Notes: a model not told the origin generated them from the letters alone. Shown: positions 26,601 to 39,167, counted from the first letter of the whole stretch. The stretch: 63,696 nucleotides of DNA, filler included, from Collodictyon triciliatum (GCA_043381765.1; 9 parts of 9 records of this genome joined end to end with filler, not necessarily neighbours in it), one strand, 5' to 3'. Numbers and translations are program-made.

Positions 26601-28382
26601 AAAAAATGCAGAATGTTAAATCCATATTTGTGTCGTTTCGAAGAAAATTCAATATGCTCCTACACAAGGGCTTCGGAATATCATCAATCATCTTTTCGAA
26701 GCACTTGTACAAATGATTCGCCTTCAAAAAAAATGTTAATTGAGTTATGAATGGAAATAATGCCATTTTTAATTATAATAAAAGAAACACTACATTGAAG
26801 ATACGATATATGTAATAGATAATGTTTCTTTCTTTCATACAGGAAGAAAACACGATTAATATATGACTTGAACCCCTTTTTTAAAAAAAAAAAGTTTCAT
26901 ATATTTTGCATTGATTCAATAGCATGATTATGCTGAAAAAAATTAAATCTAATCGCCAGACTTCTCTTCTAGATGAAGGGTTTAACGTAGGGAAAATGTT
27001 TTCTTTTCTTTCATGTTCATCTGCTCATCAGATAGTTAAGCGATATAGTATCAATAGAACGGCACATAATAAATACATGACTATTCAAATTGTCGATTGA
27101 TGTTCCTGAGTAGTCATTAGGATTATATTAAATGACCGTTTCGAACCTGCTGGTCTTCTATTTGATGTTGATGACGGAGATTCCCCAACAAACCGCCTTA
27201 CGTGGTACTTTTCTGGGATTAGTGATTCTGGAAGAGATGTTGGGGCTGAGTGGGATTTAGATGGCTGACATGCATTCTGCGGAATAAATGTTAGATTACA
27301 TATCTGATTTATTTTAACTAGCTTGAGCTTGGTTAATGTCAATCACGGTATAAATAAGGATTTCAGAGGCTATTAATAAAATTCCCAGAAAATTGAAACG
27401 ATTAATGGATAACAAAAAAAAAAAGTAAAAATAATTTGTAAGTCATGCCTTTATGTCATATGCTACAATCTCCAATAAGTACATACCAATTTCCCGATGA
27501 AATCGTGTAAAAGATTGTAATATTTTTCTGAGGCGTCCTTGGACAGAATAGATGAAAATTGTTCTACAATATCTCTTCTGGTGGATGTTACATGCAGATG
27601 GTGAATGATTATAATTAATGAAAACAGGGATCATTGGGCAGGCAATAACATAAGCCTCCCATAGATATGCTTATAATGATGGTATATGATATGTCTCGAT
27701 AGTTCTTAAAGGAATTTTGGAAAAATGTGTCTGAAGGAAATTCATAAACGATATCTACAGTAATAATAGAATAGAATGGAATATAGTGGCGATACAGTAC
27801 CCATATAATAAGATGACTACAAAAATGATATTGATATTGATATTATCATAGGCTGATATAATGATTTTCTTGGACACGTATTGATTGAAGTTACGTCGAA
27901 GAGGAAGAGAGATCGACCGTCTGTTCCAATACGATGCGAGGAGTCAGAAATTCCTGGAGGAGAACAAGAGGAATAAAAGAACCTTAAAGAAATAGAACAG
28001 GAAAGAAATTCGATGAACAAAATAAAAGAGAGGGAAAGAAATAGAGGGAAAACGAGGCGTCAGTCAAAGAGAGACTCGGATAGGATTGACCACGCAAAGG
28101 CGACAAGCAGCATAAACCAAATTGCATCCTTCAATATTTATACGACAAATACACCAACAAATAAAACAGATAAAACAAAAACGAACAAAAAAAAAAAAAG
28201 GTGCACATAACAGGTATTCATATAACATTTGAGGCGCCTTATGAACAGACACGAGGGGTGGTGGGCCTTTTCTTGCTGGGTTGCGGCGATTCGCCTGCCT
28301 TTTCAGAGCGGCCCACACGCGGTGACGGAGAACACGACTTGGCGGATGTTGGAGGGCGTTGCGGGGCGTTTGATTGAAGCAT
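23612..28382 (-). CDS. Axonemal dynein light chain domain protein (AXDND1/DNALI1-like) with coiled coils; many exons, 3' truncated by contig end
   Basis: Spliced PSSRRE|ANHLYKCFEKMIDD...SICFTEFLRQ|ISSQCLERGQTLAKLW resembles the p28 domain motif CFDELIRQVTINCAERGLLL; ATG at 28382; several internal junctions ambiguous. Confidence 0.7.
25038..25121. repeat. Intronic (TAATAG)n repeat
   Basis: Directly visible. Confidence 0.9.
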
Positions 28383-28824
28383 CTATGGGCAGGGCAATCA
28401 ATAAGCAGGCGACACTTCTACGCCTCTCGATAGGGCGGCGTCTCGCGTCCTTGATGTTCCGCCTTGTGTGATTCAACTATTGTTCGCTGGCCGAAGCGCG
28501 CAGGCGCGCAAGGCTGGTGGATTAAAGGAATATTCCAGATTAGGTTGAGGGTGGCATTCGTTGAAAGCGGGCAGAATGCGGTTGGTTTTGCTCGGGGTGG
28601 CTTATATTAGCCAGGAGAAAGGCCAAGATTCACGGAGCAAAGCAAGAAGCGCGCCCAGAAACTTGCGGCTAGAAATAACACTAAAAAGAAAAAGAAAAAA
28701 AAAAAGAAGAAGCTATGGTTCATTTTTCAAAGGGATCATCATCATAATTGAAAAAGTTAAAAGTTCAGTCTATTTTGAATGATAAGTGTGTATACTTTTA
28801 TTCTTCCTTTCAATTTTGTGAAAG

Positions 28825-29577
28825 ATGGTGGAGGCTATTGTGTTTGTCTAGTTGTGAGTACGATAATTGGCCAGCACAACCAATAGGGGTAGTCAGGCGT
28901 TTTGTAAATATGAGGCTCTTGAAGTAATATGTTTCTATAACTTGCTATTTGGAGAAAAGGTCAGTCATAAGCTCAAAAGGAAATCCCAACACGATAGTTG
29001 CATATGCAGTGCAATTCTTGCTGGAAGATTTTGACTGGGGTGGCCTACAAGACTTCATGTTATCACATATATTGTGAATGCAAACAGATAAAATGGACAG
29101 AGAGGATTCCATTATATTGAATATCATTAAACGCTGATAAATAAAATTCAAATAAATGTATAATTTTTTTACACCTTATTCAACATGAAAAATAAAAACA
29201 TGTAAATAAACCTAATAATAAAAATGGGTTTATTAGGCGAGGACGATGCTGAGAGAATGCTGGCATCATCGAATCCATGCTGCTTTGTATGCAATTCACA
29301 CCTGCCGGATAGGTCTTGAAAGTTAAATGGCATTTTTCAGTTTTACATTTAGTCATAAATCTTAAATTATTTGGACCATATATAAAATAAATGGTTCCGG
29401 ATAATCTAACGATGATTGTGCTTTAGTATTGACGGAAAGAGTATTATGAGGGTGGACCTGAATCCAACTGACGAATTCAAAAAGGTACTTAAAAATTTTC
29501 TTTTAATAAAAATTGGTGTTTATCAACTTCCTTATTCAAAAAAATAGCATGCTCTCGCCGGCCTCTCTCCTGAAATA

Positions 29578-29662
<85 letters not shown>

Positions 29663-31037
29663 AAAGAAACAGAAGAAAGCAAGATAAGACCCTGTCAGTA
29701 GGAGGCCTATCTTAATCCCCGACTTTCTCTTTTTACTTTGTTGAAATGTTAAAGTGATGGAAATATGCACCCACTCAATCGAATTCTGGGATTATCAAAG
29801 GAGAGCTCAAATTCAATACCAGCAGCATGTCAATAAGCATCTGATACAAGTAATTTGCATTATTCATTTGCCAGATAATCATCATGAAGTAAAATGAAAG
29901 TAATATGTTATTGTATAAACAACAAATTTATGTGTATCATGCAGGCCAAGAATAAAACCGAGAAAGAGCTTGGAGGTACATAAATATTGGTCTATGCCTT
30001 CCAAGGGATTTGTATTTTAAGGCCTGAATGAAAAATAGCCCTTATTTCGATTTTTTTAACAGAAAAATTGGTGGTCTTGTCCAACGAGGTGAATCTTCTG
30101 ATCAACAAAGTAAAGAATTATCAACGAAGCGAGGCCGAATTGAAGAAGGAAGTGGAGGACTTGCAACGAAGATATTCGGAGAAGTCAAAGTAAGATTCAA
30201 GCAAAAGCCTACACTTTTATGAATGAAGTGATGATTTTGAATTAACGAAAAATCGACCCTGGAATGGGCATAATCGAAATAATTATTACATTTACTCGTT
30301 GTCACGGCCAAGGGAAAAACGAAGATTGGAAGAAACCCATGAAGCTTTGAAAAGGAAAACAGTTGAAGAGGTCATTTACACAAAATAGTATGAAAGAATC
30401 ACACAATTAATAAAACTAATAGATTAATAACATCGATAAATCATATATATATCAACAGCCAAATACTCCGATTGGTTCTTGGAAGTCATTCTCTCCCAAT
30501 ATACCGTGGCAGGTATGAAAGTTTGGATTGATTCTATCTTTTGTTTATGTTTTTTTTTAGATACCACACTGATATGAAGAAGCCCCGAGCTGTGGACCGT
30601 AAAGATGCTTTTTCATTTTATTTTTCCCTTTTGATTTGATCTCGTACAGTCATCCAGACACCAGAAACTGGCAGAGCAGAGCCCAACGTAATTGAACTGC
30701 GTATTACAGTGATTAACCGCTAGATTATAATACCCACAAAAACTTATTCGAATTGTTTATCCTTAATGTATTTTTTTCCTCTGCAAGGAAAACTATATTA
30801 TCTGATTGCTTGTGTGCATTTAAGCCGTGTTCATATAAAACCAAAACACTAGGAAAAAGATGCCCTGGGAAGCAAACACAACAATATTGAGAGGTTAGTG
30901 TCCCTCCACAAGATTTTGGCGAGATGTGGCAACCCCCTTTGTCGCCATAGTTTTACATTGTTTTTTTTTTTTTGTCTAGACCGAGAGAAAGGCACTCAAG
31001 ACATTCCAAGGGATTCTTACGCCAATATCCTGCGTGA
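28825..31037 (+). CDS. HEI10: HEI10/CCNB1IP1 meiotic RING E3 ligase, about 13 short exons; 3' exons tentative
   Basis: MQCNSCWKILTGVAYKTSCYHIY|CEDDAERMLASSNPCCFVCNSHL...IMRVDLNP...ALAGLSPEI|VMEICTHSIEFWDYQR...LQRRYSEKSK|EKRRLEE follows the HEI10 pattern (MRCNACW...CxEDA...AGxSP...EKSRQKRKL). Confidence 0.85.
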
Positions 31038-31336
31038 AAGGTGATGATATATACTAATTGGAGAAGCAGGAATTATATGAAATGGAATTATTATCGTCAT
31101 CATGCGAATGAATGGATAAAGAACACCTCTCTCTTTTTTTTCTCTTTTTTTTCTCTTTTTTTCTCTTTTTTTCTCTTTTTTTCTCTTTTTTTCTCTTTTT
31201 CTCTTTTTCTCTTTTTCTCTTTTTCTCTTTTTTTCTNNNNNNNNNNNNNNNNNNNNNNNNNNNNNNNNNNNNNNNNNNNNTTAATTAATTAANNNNNNNN
31301 NNNNNNNNNNNNNNNNNNNNNNNNNNNNNNNNNNNN

Positions 31337-31886
31337 CAGAGAGCTGTGGATAGGTGCGCGCGTAGTCCATGCAGCAACGACCTCCCCAGAATGCACCATG
31401 TGCCATAGTGGAGATGACTCTATCGAACACACATTTGTGGAGTGCTCTCTTGCTCAAAAAGTGACAGAATCTACCGACAAGATGCTCTCTGGACTTGATT
31501 ATGCTCCCAATCAACTCAGCGCGTCAGACATCCTGTTTGGCTCACAATACCAAATGACCCACGACTCTAGAATACTCCGGACAGTCACAAGGGGACATAT
31601 GATGTGGTTCTTATGGAGTGTGCGCGCATTATCTCGCTCTAATGATTCACTCGAACGAGAAATCAATGTATCCAAGCTGGAAAGCCTCGTGCAATACAGC
31701 TTTTTGAACAGCTTGCTGAAACACGCTCGCATTCTTCGCTACTCTGACCGCAAGCGAAGAGAGATGCAGGAATGTGTCGTGCGATATCTCCACAGCACAT
31801 CCAACCCCTGCTACCCACGCAACCAATCAACCAGTTGGGCCGCCCATATGACCAGCTCGCTATCACTGATTTCTTTCCGGTGCTAG
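31337..31886 (+). mobile_element. Non-LTR retrotransposon (L1/Tx1-like) ORF2 3' end with zinc knuckle
   Basis: Intronless; ECTMCHSGDDSIEHTFVEC (CX2CX8HX4C) followed by ILFG and MWFLWSVR, typical of L1-clade ORF2 C-termini. Confidence 0.8.
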
Positions 31887-32014
31887 CCTCTCCACGGTAG
31901 TGTCTTCTCTTACTCACGTTTGCTGTCTACCATGCGCTCCCATCCCGCCCCTTTATATGGCATAACCTCGCAGCACTTTGAATCGAATAAAGGAAAAATA
32001 AATTTTTGATTGTT

Positions 32015-32155
32015 GGTTAGATTGCCAGGGGCTGAGCCATGTTTCTTGGAGGCAGATGATGTCTGCGTGAGAGAAAAGAGCAGTGTTTAGGGCCTCTTTT
32101 CTTTTTTGGGGGTCGTTAATCCCCCTAACATCCACGACACAATGTTAAAATGCAT
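32015..32155 (-). mobile_element. Degenerate LINE AP-endonuclease N-terminal fragment
   Basis: NIVSW/(N)VRGINDPQKRKEAL...ADIICLQETW, with a 1-nt frameshift in the SWNVRG motif. Confidence 0.75.
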
Positions 32156-32912
32156 GAATAGTCTATTGGTCCTTCCATGGACAAATTGAAAATTTATCTC
32201 GACTAGCACCATCTTGATTTATTGAGGAATCAAGGAAACACGGATATCTGACGAACATAAAATGAGGTAGTCAGGTAGATGGGAAAAGAGTTGAATTTAA
32301 TAAAATTTGTGTTGTATCGATAATCTTTTATTTTATTATTCTTCCTTTCAATTTTGTGCACGATGGTGGAGATGAGCCCCCCTTTGTTGTTTCGTGCTGC
32401 ATATATTACCTTGTTTAAAGTATTCGTTTTCTTTGCCTTGGTGGTTTAAAAAAAAGGGAGCCCCAAAGGAATGCTGTCGATGAAGGGTAGCGGAGGGAAC
32501 TACGCGACGAACGTGCCTCAAGCAATGGTGGGGGCCACCAAGTTTCTTCATACTGCGCATTTGGTCATTGCTACCAGCGCAATGTTTCTTGGGTTAGACG
32601 GAGGTGACATGACGAAGCTTTTGACTTTCATGAATTATGTAATGTAATTTTTTTTTTTTTTATTAATTTGATGAAGGGGGAATCGGCCACGCCACCAAGC
32701 AGAGGGTTCGTAACAGTGAGAGAAAGAGGTGTATTGTAGGGTTAAAGTTATGCGGCAGTTCTGATTTCAATACATTATATCATGTGGTCCTTTGGAGAGG
32801 TCGGCAGTCAAGGCAGCATAGGGTTAAGGATGGAAGTGAAAAAAAGAAAAGCGAGCCGCACTGACAGACACTTGATAAGGGAAAAAAATCTGCCCGTAGT
32901 GCATCTTGGGAT

Positions 32913-35900
32913 TTAAGGGAAGATTCCAGCCATTTCATAATCGGTGGCTATCTTCTCCACGGAAATGAGGTAAGCGGCTGTGCGGTGGTCACATTTCTAG
33001 GGGCGAGGAACAAAAAAACAGAGGACAACATCAGAAGAATTATATGAATGATAAGAAAGTATGCGGTATATCGCGCAAGACCAATGAGGAACGAATATCT
33101 GAACAAAGCTAATTTTCATTCCTCAAAGTATATTCGCGCAAAAGTTTCTGGTCGAGTGTGGAAACCTTTTCATGGGCGACACGGTGGACATTGGCGCAGG
33201 CCTCAATCATGGTATCCTCCAGACCAGAGCGAACAAGCTTCTCTTCATCGGCTCCCCAGGCAAAGGCGCCCTAACAAACAGAACGAATTTCAATTAATTT
33301 TGTTTTCCTTATTTCGATTCAAAGTGTAGCGAGGTTATGCCATACAACGGGGCGAGATGGGAGTTCAATTAATTTTTCTTAATATTTGGCCCATAGTAAT
33401 TACAATATGTTTTTTCTCTTGTTGCGCCCCTATATACAATGAGCAAATAATACCTTCTCTTGGACGGTGAGCTTACGACCGAATTGGTTCTCAAGAAGGT
33501 CAACAATCTCCTCCTTGGCTTTGATTTCGACTTGGCGGGTCTGATAACAAGAATCATATTTAGTGTGGTCATACGGATTTTGTCCTCTTCGTTGGTGAGT
33601 AGTGAAGTGATGGTAATGGCAGGCTTGGAAGAGGAACAAACCAGGCGACCAAAGCGAACGTGCGAAAGATTCTTCAGCCACTCGAAATACGAGACGATGT
33701 TGGATGGTTAAGGGAAACCTCCTTACTGATAAATGGAAGAGTGGTGAAATATGGGCACAATATACAACAATCGGAGAAATTACTATATTGAAGAATTGGG
33801 AATGACAACATTAATTAAGGATATGACTCCGCCAGAGTTAAGGAGGAGGTCGGGGATGATGATGACACCCTTCTTGACCAGCAAGTCGTGGGCCTTTGCT
33901 GTGACAGGGCCGTTGGCAGCCTCGGCGATGACCTTGGCCTTGATACGGTCAGCGTTGTCCAGGGTGATTTGACCTTCCAAAGCTGCGGGAATCAGAACAT
34001 CGCAGGGGATTTCCAAAGCCTTTAGATTGTTAAAAGTGAAAATGAGATTTGATTGTAACTTTATCTCTTCTTATTTTCTGCTCGCTTCATTAATTATAAT
34101 CAAATTCAAAAAAGAAAAGGAAAGAAGAGGACTGCTACCATGCAATAATACCATTTCAGTATGACGGAAAAACTGTTGCAGAGAATCGTACCTCGAGACC
34201 GTTCTTGAGAACCTTTGCGCCAGGGTAACCAAGAATGGAGCCGCTGCTTTCCTTAACGCGATTGATAAGCTCGGGGTCAAGTCCGTCTTCCTTATAGATA
34301 GCGCCGTTGTACTCTGCAACAGCGATGACCTTCCCTCCGTGCTCATGCATAAACTTTCCAGAGAAGGAGCCAACGTTACCCCAACCTATATTGGACAAAT
34401 AAACCGAACGTTGAAGAAATAGTGCAAGCGAAGCAGTTGTATAGAGGGAGGTGGCATGTATCACATATCTATTTGAGGTGAAGTTAGTAAACTGTTAATC
34501 TTACCTTGAATGACGAAGGTCTTTCCTTTGATACCCTCAGTAATGCCTGTGGCATTTCCGTGATTAATGCGGAGGAACTCACGAATACCAAACAAGACTC
34601 CAAGACCTATTCAAGAATATTATCTTGTCAGAAAAAAGTGGTCTATGCCGTACTTGTTCTCTTTGAAAGTATGAAGAAATACTCCACCATTCCGCGCAAA
34701 ATTGAAAGGAAGAACAAACAAAAAAATATGAAGAAAAGGAAATACACCTGTGGCCAGGTTGCGACCGCGCACACCACCCATGGGGACAGGCTTTCCGGTT
34801 ACGCAGGCAGCTCGCTCAAGGCTGTTGGGATGCAGTGCCTCATAAGTATCCTATAAAGCCATGTGGTTATGTATGGCGCTTGACAAGAGCAAGTGGCATG
34901 ATACTTAGTCATAATAGTAATAGTAATCTATCAACACAAAGGATGCTTCCATATGGAATGAATCCTGTGGGACGAACCTTGATCCAGGCCATCTCACGAG
35001 GTCCAGTTCCGACATCGGGGGCAGGCTAATTTTCATGTACGAGTAGTTAAATTTCTAAGTGGGACACATCGAACCGTTGACTCAATGGAAATATAAAAAA
35101 AGTAATGGAATAAAAAGTAAAGCGAGCGACCTTTTGTAGGGAAAAGATAAAGACAGGCGCTTTCGCCAATTTTTATTTAGTTTTTCATACCACATCGGTA
35201 GCCGGGCCAATGAAGCCCTTCTTGGAGAGCTCTGTGGTGTAGCGGCGAGTAATGTGCTCAAGCTCGCGCTCATTGAATTCCTTGGGATCAATCTTGATGC
35301 CACCCTTGGCACCTTCGATGTAAAGATGCCAGATTCAGTATGATTAGCCAAAAGTGCGACGCCTGGTTTGTTGCTTGATTTTGACTGCTTATGTTATGTT
35401 CACAAGAGGACTATTAACATAGTCTTGATCGAGGAGAAGGTGTATGTATAGATATAGAGGAAGAAGACTATGAAAGACCTCCAAAAGGCACGTCCACCAA
35501 AGCACACTTGTAGGTCATGAGGGCAGCAAGAGCCTGGACCTCCTCAGCGTGGACCATGGGGCTGTAACGGATGCCTCCCTTCTGCGGGCTGCGATGCTGG
35601 GAGTGCTGTGCGCGCCACGCCTCAATCATGACGATTTCTCCGTTGGTTTTCTGCGAATGCCACAGCAGCCAGGGTTATTGACACCATGGTTAGAAAAGAT
35701 TATTTATGTGTCAACATACATCCACTGCCGCAAGGTCAGAGATATATATAAGAGCAAGGGCTGAGGCCGGGAAGCAGAGCGACCATACCTTGATGGGGAA
35801 GTTGAGGTGGAGCATTGCGCGGCAGCTGCGGATGTTCTCAAGGAGGCCAGGCGAGCGGTTTGTCAGGCCAGCAGCGCGCTTGAAGAAGATTTCGACGCTC

Positions 35901-36079
35901 TGCAGAAAGTCTGCGTCGCCCTGGGCTGTGGTGCTGGACATGGCACGTCCAAGGGCCGGGCTGCATTGTTTGAGAAAAAGGGTGAACACATATGCATATG
36001 AGAGGGGTGACAGCAGGCTGGATTCGGGGAATGAAGGAGCGGGCACTTACCGCCCAACGAGGAAGCGGGAGAGTGGCAT
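32913..36079 (-). CDS. GLUD1: Glutamate dehydrogenase (mitochondrial GLUD-type), 12 exons
   Basis: AWRAQHS...[82 protein letters not shown]; Arg/Ser-rich N-terminus resembling a transit peptide; TAA at 32913-32915. Confidence 0.96.
33699..33824 (-). other. U12-type (minor spliceosomal) AT-AC intron in GDH
   Basis: Minus strand: GGC GGA GTC|ATATCCTTAA...TTTCCCTTAACCATCCAAC|ATC GTC TCG TAT; perfect U12 donor, branch point CCTTAAC 8 nt before the 3' end, AC acceptor. Confidence 0.93.
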
Positions 36080-36643
36080 TCGGCGAGCGGCCTTGTCTGG
36101 TGGCGATCTAAGTATGCGCATGAGTGAGTGTGTTTGCACCACTGCTCTGTTTTACTCTCCTTCTTGCCGGCCGATACTTGGCTCGGAGTCTTGTGTGGAT
36201 CCGGTCTGATTCATCAGGGCTGCGTGATTTATACCCGACGACTCTTCGCTGCGGTGGTGGTGTGTCCAAAGAACATTCGCTGCCTGTTTGAATTGGCGGG
36301 CATTCATGGAATTTAAGGCTGGGGCTGCGGCTTTGCCGGCGATTCCAGAATTGTGCTGGGGCTCTAGAAGGGCATGGCGCTTAGGCGTCTCTTTTCTGGA
36401 ATTTACAGTCCCGTTACGCTGGCTCATCGCTTGCTACCGTCTGCAGGGGCACACTCTCGCCATAATGTCAATATTTTTTTTTCTTCATTCGATTAAAAGT
36501 TTGCCATAATGTCAATATAGTCTCCCTGTCTGAACTGCGGCTTGTGGGTTGCAAATTTATTATTGAAACATTGTGCTAGTCGTGACAGGAGAGGAGTAAA
36601 GATTTGATAGCGTGTGCGAGAGAGGTGGGTGCGGGTGTGGGGC

Positions 36644-37087
36644 TTAAGCGGGTGTTCCGGAGCCGTTGTACTTGCTGACGGCCTTTGTGCCTTCCGAGAC
36701 GGCGTGCTTGGCCAGCTCTCCGGGCAGAATCAGACGGACGGATGTCTGAACCTCACGCGAAGTCAGGGTGCCGCGCTTGTTGATGCGGGCAAGTCGGCCG
36801 GCTTCGGAGGCAATGCGGTCGAAGGTGTCATTGATGAACGAGTTCATGATGGCCATTGCGCGCTGCGAGATTCCGGTCTTGGGGTGGACTTGCTGCAGCA
36901 CTTTGTAGATGTAGGACGAGTATGTCTCGGCACGCTTGATGCGACGCTTCTTGACTTCCGACGAGTCCGTAGTCGACTTCTTGACGGTCTTGGAGGCAAC
37001 CTTCTCGGGCGCGGCGGTGCCTTCCTTGGCTGCTGATGTGGCGGGTGACTTCGAGGGCTTCTTTCCGGCTCCGGGCTTGGGTGGCAT
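36644..37087 (-). CDS. H2B: Histone H2B, intronless
   Basis: [10 protein letters not shown]...[46 protein letters not shown]...[38 protein letters not shown] downstream near 36556-36561. Confidence 0.97.
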   Translation of the reverse strand: MPPKPGAGKKPSKSPATSAAKEGTAAPEKVASKTVKKSTTDSSEVKKRRIKRAETYSSYIYKVLQQVHPKTGISQRAMAIMNSFINDTFDRIASEAGRLARINKRGTLTSREVQTSVRLILPGELAKHAVSEGTKAVSKYNGSGTPA

Positions 37088-38355
37088 TGTGCTTGTGTGG
37101 TGTCGGTCTTGTTCTTGGTTGGGCGGGTCTCTGGCTCTAGCTCTGCGGCTGTGTTTATGGCAGTTGGGATGCTGTGATGATCTGTGACCCCACAAGCTGG
37201 ACGTTAGGCTTTGTAATTTGGATTCTTATATGACTCGCTAATTCTCTTTAGGAATAATTTGGATCTGGACTCAATTTTATCCATATTAATATTCCATATA
37301 TAGATAAATTGAAGCTTCTTTCAATAATTGTGTTTTACCTAAATGTAGAAATCTTTGGCAGTGTGCTTTCGAGGCTCTTTTCGCGGTGTGTGTTGTGTGG
37401 TGGTTGGTGGGTGCTGTGATGTAATTGCAAAATCTTTATTCACTGCTCCGCGCTGAATATGCAACGGCAGGCGTAATGTGTAAAGGGTAAGAAAGAAATA
37501 GATGGTCTGCATAGACATCCTGTCACAAGGCGAATTGTGCTCACTTTTTACGGGAACGATATCTGGAACAGAGCTTGCCTATCGTCCAGTTTGTTTTTGT
37601 TTCGTTTGTTTTTCGTTCGTGAAGCGAGGAATCCCCACTCACCACGGAGTCTCTGTGGTAGTTTTGCGTATCATATTCTGCTTCTCTACTGTGTACTTCG
37701 CCAGCTGCTTCGCAAGTGCAGCTCCAGTCTCATCCTCACCTTGCCCCACTTTGGGAGCCCCAGGGGATGTAGGATTCAACATCGGAAAGCGGATACTCGA
37801 GGAGGGAGATGTCTACATTTAAGCTTTATTTTCTTCGATGTCTTGTGCCATGAAAATACAATAGTTATGGATAAAGAATCTGCTGACATACGGAATTTGG
37901 AACTGGGCTAAAGGCTATATTCCTTATAGTGGTCATATATCTATTAACGTTTCAATTTACTATTGTGATCTTCTAGTATTGACAACGAATTGAAGTGGGA
38001 AGATAATAAAATGCCTATATTTACTTGATATTTTATCTACAAGTACTTAATAACGGCTTTCCGTTTCCTTTATTCTCCTATCATAGATAAAGTATGTATA
38101 TATACTGTTTTGTTGGGCTGGGAGAACGGCTAATTGGTGGCATCGGACTCGCCCTTTAAAATAGTAAGCAGCTTGAATAAAGTAGTAATCAGAAAAAGGA
38201 AAAATAAATAGGTATAGTTTATTCCTACCTTTTGAATTGCAGAGTTGGATTTGCCTTTATCGCATTTTTAAAATAATAATAATAATAAAAAAATAATAAA
38301 GCGATATGGAAAAGAAATAAGTTGCATTTAGTTCCTGGATACTAAATTTCTCAAG

Positions 38356-38856
38356 CTATCGTGAGATTGTCAGGTTAATTCGGTAAAGGATCACATGGTC
38401 TGGATATTTTCCTATTGGACTTCCTGGCTTTCGGTGGGGACTTGTCTTTTGCTCCTTGCGCTGGGAAATTAAAAATCATAGATTAACAAAAATCAGACCT
38501 ACCAGAAAAGGATTACTTTGTGTTATGCGTATTAGTGTAAGCCATATAGCTCATCACCCTGCGGATTGAATATGAAATTTACATGGTTCAGTGAGTCCAC
38601 CCTGTAATCTACGGGACTTAGTATCCCATCTTGACCCGGAGGATAGATACCGACAGTGTTGAAATAACTTCCCTATTACCAGTACATATTTTTCAATTAT
38701 CCAGTGACGATATATCCTTCCTTTTTAGATAAAAGTGACCGTACCTTCGCTCTTTCATCGAAAAGAGATTTTTGTACTTCGCTAGCTGAGAAATAGAGCT
38801 TGTCTTGCTCTATTTGAGATTGAATACGAATCCTCTCATTGGTTTCACATCCAAAT
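38356..38856 (-). CDS. Last three exons of a hypothetical protein, 5' part off contig
   Basis: Phase-consistent GT-AG chain FGCETNERIRIQSQIEQDKLYF...ERAK|GSYFNTVGIYPPG...LNH|RKEQK...SR*; no family recognised. Confidence 0.45.
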
Positions 38857-39007
38857 CTTGAGGAACAAAAAGAGCCAATTCGCTTATTAATATCAAGAAA
38901 TATTGAAACAAAGTATTTGACTAGATCAATTGGTGGTTTTTTTCTATCGTGCTATTTTTTTGTTTTTTTTTGTTTTTTTTGTTTTTTTTGTTTTTTTTTG
39001 TTTTTTT

Positions 39008-39067
<60 letters not shown>

Positions 39068-39167
39068 NNNNNNNNNNNNNNNNNNNNNNNNNNNNNNNNN
39101 NNNNNNNNNNNTTAATTAATTAANNNNNNNNNNNNNNNNNNNNNNNNNNNNNNNNNNNNNNNNNNNN

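Noticed and set aside
36459-36518. 16-bp direct repeat GCCATAATGTCAATAT between GDH and H2B
   Set aside because: Only two copies 44 bp apart with no element between them; likely a local duplication
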